Shown in pieces: positions 48,779 to 64,000 of a stretch of 64,000 nucleotides of DNA. The notes below the pieces were generated by a model. That model ran no database searches and was not told the origin of the DNA. It saw nothing but the letters and a program-made list of their open reading frames with translations. Every line of letters begins with the position of its first letter. Positions within the stretch are counted from its first letter, which is position 1. Both the position numbers and the translations under genes were made by a program. Source of the DNA: Chrysomallon squamiferum (lineage: Eukaryota; Animalia; Mollusca); the NCBI GenBank assembly GCA_012295275.1, contig CM022665.1, positions 36,146,001 through 36,210,000 of the forward strand, given 5' to 3'.

Positions 48779-50131
48779 GCTCATGCCATCTGTGATGGTT
48801 ATGTGTGTGCGAGTATGTATGTAAACTTGTGTGTGCTTATGAAAAAGTGTGTTAGCAGATCTTTATGTGTATTAGAGACGGACATAATCAGAGAGATTGA
48901 GAGACTGTGTGTGTGAGAGAGATATCTAATTACGTTGCCGCTTCTGTAAAATGAATCAATATTATTTTAATAATATTTCTGACTTTGATCTAAAACCTCT
49001 TTGTAACTAAGCTGTAACTGATTGATTTGAGTAGTTGGAATTTCAGTTATTACTTGGAAAATAAATACTGGTATTTAATTTATTTATATATAATATATAT
49101 TTATTCATATATAATATATATTTTGTACTGTTATCTTGTTTTTTAACCTTGTTGTTGCTTCAGTGTCTTTAATTGGCATATTTCTGGGGTGAAAAGCTAT
49201 GATATTTGAGATGTGCGGGCTTTTATAGTCTGGAGTAGTGTATAGTTTTTAGGTGAGAAAGATTACATTATTTTCAGAGATTTCGCTTCTGTATCTTAAG
49301 AAGTATATATGCATAAAAGTCATCCATTCTGTTGTTTAATTTGGTTACTATCTTTTTTCATAGCTTTATATTATACTGTATGTATTTTTAATGATTTGTA
49401 TGTGTATGTGTGTACGTATGTGTGCGTAAGTGTGTGAGACAGAGAGTGTGTGATATTAAAAATATAAGAATGGGTAAATCACAGTAGTAGTAACTGATGT
49501 GGTAGAAGTAGTAGTAGTAGTCGTAGTAGCAGTGGTAGTAGTAGTAGTAGTAGAAGTAGTAATATAATATAATATAATGTGATATGATGTATGATAATGA
49601 TGAAGATGATGAACACGATTGTGATAATAATAATAAAATAATAATAATAAGAACAAAAACAAGAACAACAAAAACAGTTATAGTAATAGTAATAGTAGTA
49701 TTAGTAGCACCAGTAGCAATAATAATAATAATAATAAATATAATTTGAATTTGTATTATTTTTACAACGCTAAACATATCTTGGAAGCAAAAAGTTAAAG
49801 TGAATTAAACATAATTTTTTTATTTTATTTTCAACGATTTTGCTTTTAATTCTTCGTTTCTACTGATCGAATGTGAGAAAACACCCCAGAGTAAACTGTA
49901 ATTTTACACTGAACCCTCCACAGATTTCGAATTAACTTTGTTTTTGTTCAGGAAAACATCTGCAATTTGAGCACAATAATAATACAAAAACTCAAAGCAA
50001 AATTAATCCTGTCAAAATATGGATACTTAAAGAAATCAATAACTGTTACTAGAAACCTCCAAACTGTTGACATCAGTGTAGTGGCAAAAAGTTAGGACAA
50101 GTAAATTATAATGTTTTTTGATAAATATCTA

Positions 50132-50144
50132 AGTAGTAGTAGTA

Positions 50145-50227
<83 letters not shown>

Positions 50228-50270
50228 AAGAAGAAGAAGAAGAAGAAGAAGAAGAAGAAGAAGAAGAAGA
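50132..50270. repeat. (AGT)(AAT)n(AAG)n compound microsatellite
   Basis: Perfect runs. Confidence 0.95.
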
Positions 50271-50921
50271 AAATAATAAATAAATAAATAAACAAAACAA
50301 AATGAAATAAAATAATAAAAACAACTTTTTGCATTTTTGCTTGTCTTTCGTATTTTATTGTTACGTTTATATATAATGCATAATAGTAGTAATAGTAGTA
50401 GTAGTAGTAGAAGTAGTATCAGCAGCAGTAGTAGTAATCATAATATATTATGTGTCACTGAAACCATAGCATTCATTTGTTCCTACCCAGTGGGATTTGA
50501 CGATTCGATCCACCTATAAACACAGTATCATCACGTTTGTTTTCTTCACAACACTCTCACACACGCCCATTGCCAAGTTTCCCAGTCTCCGGATATGAAC
50601 CTGAAATTTGTTGACCCATATTCTTCAGTCAAAGCATTTGCATGTTCTCTCTAAACTTAATATTTTATATTAATTACAATATATACTTAACTGATTGTGA
50701 AAATAATACCCTTTACACGTTCATTTAATTTTTGTCTTGTTCGGTGTATATCTGATCATGCATCTATTTTATTATGTGTCAAAATGACTTTAACTGAAAC
50801 GCTTTCGATTGATGAGACTGTAAGGACTGAAATACAGCATTATACAAGAAAGGGAAATAACTCATCTTCATTCATGTATGTGAGTGTGAGTGTGCAAGCG
50901 TATGCGTCTATGTATATACGA

Positions 50922-50971
<50 letters not shown>

Positions 50972-52741
50972 AACTTATCTCAGTTTTCAAAACTTCCTGA
51001 ATATCATAATGTACTGTCTTGAGGTACGGTAAGTAAAAGCCATTATTGTTAATAATTTAAGTTTATAAATTATACACTTGTTTCGTTGCGAAACTGTAAA
51101 GAAACACCTGAGCCACGAAACTAGCTACAGTCGTAAATTAGGAATTAATATTCTGTATTCTAAAATAAGTCAAAATGGTTCTGATATTGCCAGCTGCGTT
51201 ATACACACTGGACAGAATTTACGTCAATAAATCTCATTAACGGGGTTAACACGTATTACTTATAAGTATATAGGGCTGTATCAGTGTGTGTATATTAGCG
51301 CGGATGTGTGTTAGTGCGCATGTCTGGGGGTATGTTGTTTGATACTAATGTGATTGTACATGTAGTTATTGTATGAAGTAAAAATCTGGCGTCACGCTCT
51401 CTGTTCCCGGCTCACAGCTAACAGAGACAATCACTGAAGCACAGCAAATATTTCAATACTGATCGTTACAAGATGTACACAATTTTACCTCACAAGTATT
51501 TCCTAACTTATCTTATCTGCCTGTTTATTATAAAACATAAAGAATATTATTCAAGAATTTTTACTGCATGATTGAAATAAATTTATTGAAGGACCTATTA
51601 TTCGTTTAAATTTCATAAATATGTTTAACCGATATTTTGTTTCCTGAGCATAGAGGGACATTTCACAGGCTTGCTAACTCGTGTACAAATATTTATACGA
51701 TTTTGAAAGTTCTGCTAATCAAGATTTAAGTGGCGAGAATAAAATGAATACTGTCAAAGCTGCGATTTACACTACACAAAAAATATAAATAAATTGGATT
51801 AAATTGAAATCCTAATAAACAGCCAGTTATGAAATGAGATTTAGATATCGCTCATTTTATATTTATTTGTTGCTACTATTATTATTATTAATATTATTTA
51901 TTTATTTAATTATTTATTTATTTTACTGATTATATAATTTGTTTCTATGGATTTATTATTCTCCTTTGATGAATAACCTGATTTAATACCAAAATAAACT
52001 AAAATAATCCAAAATTAATTTAAAGAAAAAAAAAATGATAATAATAATAACAATAATGATTACCCCAGTAAAGCACGTAATAATTACTCTTGTTAAATGA
52101 AGTGTCATTTACCAAGTTGCTATGTTACGAATCTAAAATCGCTCATTAACAGATATTTTTCATTACGTTCGAACGCATAAAGCAACAGTCCCCAGCGCTT
52201 CAGATGTTCGCGATAATCCATAAACACCTTTGTTCACCATTCAACCTCAGCAAGATATACGTAGACACACACGAGTGACCAAGAAATAAGCAAATAAACA
52301 CAGAAAGCCGTGTTCTATACCACAGTTAATACCTGTTTACCAACTGCAGGACGTATAGTCAGTGAAAAAAAATAAAAAAATAATAATAATAATTGAAAAG
52401 TAACATTAAATGAAATAAAGTAAAATAAAATAAAAATGAAACGAAATGAAATGAAATAAAGTAAAATAAAATAAAAGTAAAATAAAATAAAATAAATAAC
52501 CTTTGTTTCTTTTACATCATCTTTGCTCTTATTATTGTTCCCATCATACACACTATAATTTTTATTATCGTTACGTATTTTTGTTTTCTACTTTTGTAAA
52601 TAGTTAGTGGGTTTATATGTTCTTATATGCTGATGCGCGTGAGTGATGATGGAGTGGGTAAAAATCTTGCAATAGATTTGTACAATGTCATAGTATGTCA
52701 CTGACACAATTTAATTTTTTATTACTTTTTATTATTATTAT

Positions 52742-52791
<50 letters not shown>

Positions 52792-52878
52792 TGGAACAAA
52801 TTAATTCGGAAACAATTTGTTTCCTTTTTTCTTTCTTTCTTTTCTTTTCTTTTCTTTCCTTTTCTTTTCTCTCTGTCT

Positions 52879-52921
<43 letters not shown>

Positions 52922-53038
52922 GGTGAGTATCCAAACAAAAATATTTACCTCGCCTAGCGGACTGTTTATTTGTTTGTGTGGATACCCAGGTGAATAGACT
53001 TTCATGGCATTTAGGTGACGCACCATGTCATAACTAAA

Positions 53039-53045
53039 TATAAAA
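53039..53045 (+). promoter_or_regulatory. Candidate TATA box of Cys-loop paralog A
   Basis: TATAAAA about 85 bp upstream of the ATG, downstream of long poly(dT) tracts (about 52745-52788 and 52882-52919). The AT-rich background weakens the call. Confidence 0.3.
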
Positions 53046-53124
53046 AATATGACATTTATAGAACACTGCATGGACATAACTGGACTAAAATTAAACAGTT
53101 TTCAAAGAGTTTCATATTGGAACG

Positions 53125-57645
<4,521 letters not shown>

Positions 57646-59470
57646 TTTGGTTAATTTATTTATTTATTTATTTACATATTTATTTATTTATTTACTTATT
57701 TGCTTATTTATTTCGTTATTACTACACGTCATATTTCGCACATTGACGTTTCAGTCAAGTAGTTTTGGTTAATATTTTTTCCAGTTATTTTTTTAAATAT
57801 TGAAATATTTATGTCATTATGTAATTATTAAAAATAATTTTAAAAAACCCCACATGTAATCATCAGTTTTATGATGACGGTGAGTTTCAATCAACAGACA
57901 TTAAATATTTTATAATTACCAAACAGTAAATAAACAAAATATAAACAAGAAAATGTAACTGAAGCCCGTATTATGTATTTTGGAAACAACTGTTTAAATG
58001 CACATTCAAATGAAACCAAATAAATAATCAGAACTGAGACATTAATACTAATGGACACTGTGGTTTTGACAGTCAAACATTATTGTAAACTGTTCACTAT
58101 CATCAACATCATCAGTGCCAGTGTCTGAAATGCTTGTTATCACCGTCTAAGGGACGCAGGCGTTTTAGTGGCAATATGACTAGGAAATAATAATTACAGA
58201 TTTAAACAGATAAATCTGTTATTCATCCACAAGACAGACAACACATTAACAAAATTAATAGTTGAAGTTACACTTATTTATTAATTACTTCACACGCAAG
58301 TTTATCTACTGAGTATACCAAGGTAAATTTATAATTTCACAAAAGATTATCTCCGGTTTATTTGTCATTGGTTTATATTTTCTTTATTCATAAATCGATT
58401 ACATACATATAAAAATTATCTTTATTTAATACAGCGATACGAGTCCATCCACTGAAACACAATTTCACAGTCATCCAAAATATCTGTCTTCGTCACAGTC
58501 ACATCATTATCAACACTGTTACCATTAGTATTACTACAACTATTACTGTTCATTTTATTTGTGTGAAAAAATATTAAAAATGAATACTCAGGTAAATGTT
58601 ATTAGTTATTTTGTTGTTTTTAAACAGAACATATTTTAGTGTCCAGTCTATCAGCTTGTTTGAAGGGAAACAACTCTTTAAACATTTCAAAACTTGAATA
58701 CGTACATTTCTTTATTATTGTATGTGAGAATCAGTTGGTTTCCTTCGATTTGTGTATGTACATGATTATACATATGTTGACAAATATCTATACTATAAAA
58801 TTATGTAACTTGTTCAGCAAAAGGTAACTAAAGTCATATAAATATGTACTCACTAATAAATATGACGATTATTTCCCTTTAATGTTTAGAAAAAAAATAT
58901 CGATTAACAACAATATTAATACTTCAGTTAAGGCGTAAATTTTTATTTTCAAACAATATTAAATATTAATATTAATTACAACAAACAACTTTAAGATAAA
59001 CGATATATTATACAAAGCGGTATGTGATAACAATATGTTTTTACATGGATATGGCATAACACGTAGTTACATCATAATAGTCGGTATGATTACAGGCTTA
59101 GATAACAAGCGATTGGCATGCATGCTAACTAACTACAGCAACCACCTAATTATAAACGTCACCTCTATTTCTTAAAATAGTTTTACTAATCGTGATTTTA
59201 CAATGTACTATGATGTTTTCTGGAAAGTTTATGTTCTAGATCTTTGCGTCACAATATCAAGAAAAAATATCTTTATCCGCTAACACCGTATTCCCAATTT
59301 TGTATTCATTTAAAGAAACAGTCTTTTATCTAATATTATATTTATTTTACTTATGCAGTGTTCTGTCTAACACGTTCGTTGTGTGTTAATTTTCATTCAA
59401 ACGAAATTATAGTTGTAATTATTTAATTTAAATAAGAGAAAGAAAATAATGCATTTCAGTCTTGTGCCAT

Positions 59471-59874
59471 TCATACAAATATCATCAAAAAACAGACCAT
59501 GGTAATAACAACGAAAAGTAAGACATAAATTCTGAGACAAAAAGCGTCGAATATTTTTGCAATTTCCACCCATGATAGTTGCGTTTCTTTCTCATCTTCT
59601 TCCACGGAACTTGTAGAAAATGGCTCCACTATTGTTACAGATTTTCTGCCTCTTGACGTATTATACTGAGAACTGTTCGCTTGAAAATCGCCAAATACTT
59701 TATTACTTTTTGAAGTTAAACCCCAGCAAGTCAGTGGTGACATGAAGTATTTCGTGAAATTAAAAAGCCAGAGAGGTATTGGTTGTTTGTCGCTCCGGAA
59801 GTAGATGTCAAGGGTCATCAGGGTGAGCACGACAGATAACCCATTCAGAATGACGAGAATACTGATGTAGATGG
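59471..59874 (-). CDS. Cys-loop paralog B exon 6 (M3, M4, stop)
   Basis: tttcag|TIYISILVILNGLSVVLTLMTLDIYF...LSWVEIAKIFDAFCLRIYVLLFVVITMVCFLMIFV*. Confidence 0.94.
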
Positions 59875-62800
59875 CTGAAATTAAACAGCAAAATTATTTA
59901 GTAAATTCATTTTCGCATTATCGTGAGTTTAATATTTTAAACGTACTTCTTATTAATAAAAGAAAAGGCTGTATCGTATTCTGTAAAATGTAAAATTTTA
60001 AATACATAAAACGGAAATAAAGATGTTTTCTTATACTGAGAACATTTGAATAAATCTTTGTATTAAGATACTCATAGGTCTACGCCGTATACATGACACC
60101 TACTTATAAATATGAGTTAATTTGTTATTAAAGAATTATAATCTAAGCATTCTTATGGACGCCCAAATCATTAACACCCAGTGAGGCTAAAACTGAAAAT
60201 ATTATTAAAATGATCATAGAGATTTAAATATTAATAGAATTACACTTACACAAATGTATCGAGACGCATAAGTTGTTAATAGCTTTATTAAATAAAATAT
60301 GAACACTCACTTAGAATCGCAATAGACTTGGAAGTGGTTGGTATCTGATCAGCAATCAGGGTAAGAAAGACAGATATAGACAACAAAACAGTCAAGGCGT
60401 AGCCCATCTTCTCGCCTGATTCAATGGGAAGCAGAAACACAAGAGCAGACAACACGGCCAGAGTCAGCACTGGAAGTAAAACGTTCAGTCCATAAAACTT
60501 GGTGAGCCTTTCTATCGTGACAGAGAACTGGAGCGTGGCGTACACCTCAGAATCCGTCACGTCAGTCGCCTCCGTCCTCTCCGCTTCCGTCGAGAGAAGA
60601 TTCCACTCGCCGTTAGACTGGTAGCTCGACGACTTTAAACCTTTATCGAGAAGAGTCAGGTTCAGTTCCCGGATGTTGTAACCCACGCTTTTCAGACTGA
60701 TGTAACACGTCTGCGTGTCGAATGGATAGTAGGTGATGTCGATGTTGCAGTTGGTGTAGTAGATTCCTGGAGGATTCCAGATAACTTTGCCGTTACTAAG
60801 TACACGGAAAGGGACGTTGTCGTCATCAATGACACTGAGATCGTCCACGCTGAAATGTCAGTTATGTAATACAGATACCATGAATAATTTCTATTTAATG
60901 TAAGTCTTATTCTTATCGCATATGACTCTTGTGCATTTTAGGCGATTAAAAAAATAAATTACTTGTGTGTTGGCAAAGAAAAGTAAAAACGCTGATTATG
61001 ATTTTGATGATGATGGTGCTGATGAAGACGACGATGACGTTTTACATTTATGCTTACGAATTCTCTACAACAACTGTCGGTCGCCATATTTCGTTTTGTG
61101 TAAAAAACATAAAGTTGATGTCGCTGTAAACAGATGAAGTATCCCAAGAAAGACGTTCATCTGTCCAAGTCTACAAAACAAACAAAAAATAAATAAATAC
61201 ATAAATAAATATCTTGTGTGTAGTTGAATGTGACACAGATTTTCCCATTATTTGTTTATGTTTATGAAAAAATGTGTGTTATGTTCATGTGTGCAAATCT
61301 ATTCCGTTTGTTTTATGTCGTTCTTATCTTTCTGGCTCGGAAGAAGTTTAACTTTTTTCAGTTACTGACAACAGGGGAGAACATTTGTTAATTATTTATC
61401 ATCGGCAGTTGGACAAGGAACGTCTGATAGCAGACTTCACGCAACTTGTTTGGAGAAACAAAAAGGAAAACGTTAATTTTTTTTTTATAACTGAGCCTCT
61501 ACATATAAAAGAAATGACGTCGATATAAGATGATGGTGATGAAGATGGTGGCAATGATAATGCCGAGGTTAAGAATGGCGGATGAATATTACGCGGACAG
61601 TCTAATGAGCGGTCTTTTCTTCTTCTTCTTCTTCCTCTATTAGCATCATCAAATTCTTCATCTCTAAAGAACAAACTCTACATATTTACTCGCAACGATA
61701 CAGACACTTACCATTACAAACCAGCCTGATACAGAGAATGTCTGAGCACGGATAACCTGTAAATATATAAATAGAAAGTAAAACAAAAATGTAATTGCTT
61801 TTTACTAACACTTTGTGTTTTATATCAGTATTCATGGAAGGAAGTAGTCATGTGTTTATGCATGACTGGTACAAACCCGACCTTAATAAAAACAAAATAT
61901 GATAACGTAGTTTATGATGTGGGTATATGTAAGCAAAATGTCTTTTAGATATTTAACTAAGAATGACTGTTGTGACCGTCTCTTCTGACATTCCAGTAGA
62001 GTTCTACACAGCAGAGTCTAAGATTTTATTCTCTAAACACATTGCATTTATCACTCACCAGTTCATTGATAGTGATGAGATTAAACATGATGCTGGCGTC
62101 CACGATGTTGTTAGGACGGACGCCTTTGTTGTAGCTACTTAACAGTTGCGTTCTGAGATCGCCTTCTACAGTAGAGTTGAAAGCACATTGCGTAGAAGGA
62201 ACTGAAAATAAATATGTTGTATCACAAAAATCAAAACAAGTTGAGGATGGGCCCTTGCAAGGCTTGCATGAATCATTGATTATGAGTAGAAAACACAAGT
62301 TAGCCTTATTTATGTATTTGTTGTTTTGTTGTTGTCTTTTGTTAGTTTGTTGTTTGTTGTTGTCTTTTGTTAGTTTGTTTGTTTGTGTGTTGTTTGTTGA
62401 GATTGTTTTGTGTTGCCTGATTTGTTGTTTGTGGTAATAGGCCTTTTCAAGACATACGGAAATAGTGTCTGCAGCACACGTGTTTCAGTCTTGTGAGTGA
62501 CTTTATTAAGGTTAATATGTTAATCCTAACCTGAACTCAGCTACTTAATAATGTGATCACAAGGTTCATAATACAGCTGTCAGTAAATGCTGGGCATATC
62601 TACATACGGTAACAAAAGAGAAAATACCCTTGAGAATTTAGCACCTAATTAGGAGAGAGTGAAAAACAAAAAGACAGAGTGTAAAATAAACAGAGAACGT
62701 GAGGTACAAAACTAGCTAGTAAAGGGAGAAACAAACAAACACAAAGAAAAAAACTCAAAGACAAAATAATCATTACAGGGGAAATTGTATTATGTTGTAA

Positions 62801-63273
62801 ACAACACAGAAAATAGACAAAATTATTTAATAGTCAACACGTGCATCTTTGGTATGAGAAATAAAACATGTAAAGCTCGGACAAAATGGGAAAACTCCTG
62901 AATGACAGACGGGAAAACTGACAAATACAGATGGAGAAAATAAATAAAACGAGCTGCAGGTGCTGGAATTAATTGTCAGTAATACCCCAAAGTGAATGAA
63001 ATCCTTCACATGCCAAGCTAATGACCAGAACTATATTTTTGTCCTCATAAATACAAAATAACAAGCGGATTCTGGCATCATTCCTGGAACTGGACATTAA
63101 TACATATTCCCAAATTACAAAATATAGAAGACAAAATAACAATAATATGCGTATGTATTTTACTGAAAATATTAAGAAGTTAGTACAAATACACACTTGC
63201 TCTTACCGTGTGATACAAGCACAATCAGCGGTAACAACAGAAACAATAAATCCACTGAAATTGGCGGTTTCAT
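59471..63273 (-). CDS. Atypical non-alpha nAChR-like Cys-loop channel subunit, paralog B, 436 aa; complement exons 63207..63273,62059..62201,61712..61756,61058..61170,60311..60849,59471..59874
   Basis: Six GT-AG exons in frame (1311 nt) with the same intron positions and phases as paralog A. Cys-loop CNIDITYYPFDTQTC, ESGEKMG, four TM helices, no vicinal CC. Confidence 0.94.
60311..60849 (-). CDS. Cys-loop paralog B exon 5 (Cys-loop, loops B/C, M1, M2)
   Basis: 539-nt exon; matches ORF 60288..60848; donor gtgagt. Confidence 0.95.
61058..61170 (-). CDS. Cys-loop paralog B exon 4 (loop A)
   Basis: ttgtag|TWTDERLSWDTSSVYSDINFMFFTQNEIWRPTVVVENS|gtaagc. Confidence 0.92.
61712..61756 (-). CDS. Cys-loop paralog B exon 3 (loop D)
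   Basis: ttacag|VIRAQTFSVSGWFVM|gtaagt; 45 nt. Confidence 0.92.
62059..62201 (-). CDS. Cys-loop paralog B exon 2
   Basis: tttcag|VPSTQCAFNSTVEGDLRTQLLSSYNKGVRPNNIVDASIMFNLITINEL|gtgagt. Confidence 0.92.
63207..63273 (-). CDS. Cys-loop paralog B exon 1 (signal peptide)
   Basis: aaagATG MKPPISVDLLFLLLPLIVLVSH+G|gtaaga; phase 1. Confidence 0.82.
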
Positions 63274-63785
63274 CTTTTGTACATACCAGTCGCCGTCTCT
63301 GTGTAGAAAAAAACACAAGTTTCTGTCTCTGTTCTTTCAATCAGTGTTGCTGGCACAAAACGATATCGTGTTCAAACGTTTGCACGGACAATACAACGCT
63401 GATAACCCCAGGTCGCTGCGTTACGCAATCATCGTGTTTTCATGCAAGTAATTTTTCAAGCCCGCTGCAATTGCCTAGAGGTAAGTGCCCTCTTTCGGCA
63501 GACTTTTTAATCCCGGCATAACTGGATATTTTCCAATCATTTGATTTTGTCCAACAAGGAAAAGTTTTGTAGCAGTTGTTTTTTGTGAAATTTTTTATTT
63601 TTTATTTTATTTTCTATCTTCACAGTGATGATGTTCAAGGTTTCGGAAACAAGAAAAACAACAACAGGTCATTAAATAAATGTTTACTTAGCGATGACAC
63701 TATCTGTATAAAAATGTAATAATAAAACAAAAATAAATATGTTTAGTGAATTTAAATAACACACTATACAGTAATAATAAATAAT

Positions 63786-63789
<4 letters not shown>

Positions 63790-63881
<92 letters not shown>
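63790..63881. repeat. (AG)n microsatellite
   Basis: Perfect run. Confidence 0.95.
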
Positions 63882-63884
<3 letters not shown>

Positions 63885-64000
63885 CGTTTTTCTTTGTTTC
63901 AGTCGAAATTACGGTGCCAGTTCTTAACAGTTTTCTAACTTAAGTGTTTAGGAGATAGTGGCAATGTCTGCAGAACAAGTTCAGTGGTCTAAGTTAAAGC

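Overview
AT-rich, microsatellite-dense eukaryotic genomic DNA from an invertebrate. The gene types and repeat style suggest a mollusc or other lophotrochozoan, but the species cannot be determined from the sequence. I assembled four complete, spliced, neural genes by hand; all introns are GT-AG and all exon phases are consistent. (1) Synaptotagmin-12 (+, 8 coding exons, 7625-25284, 414 aa). (2) A GABA-B-receptor-like class C GPCR (-, 16 exons, 31391-46275, 793 aa) with a GB1-like ectodomain, an altered ligand pocket, and a GB2-like 7TM domain and tail. (3,4) A convergent pair of paralogous nAChR-like Cys-loop subunits (+ 53125-57645, 437 aa; - 59471-63273, 436 aa). Both keep a cation-type pore but have replaced the acetylcholine aromatic box with a conserved acidic pocket. 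Most short ORFs in the supplied track are translations of microsatellites. The most notable non-coding feature is an intronic tandem array copied from the SYT12 exon-2/donor junction, one copy of which forms an in-frame 39-nt candidate microexon. Comparisons with reference proteins are from memory and need confirming by alignment.
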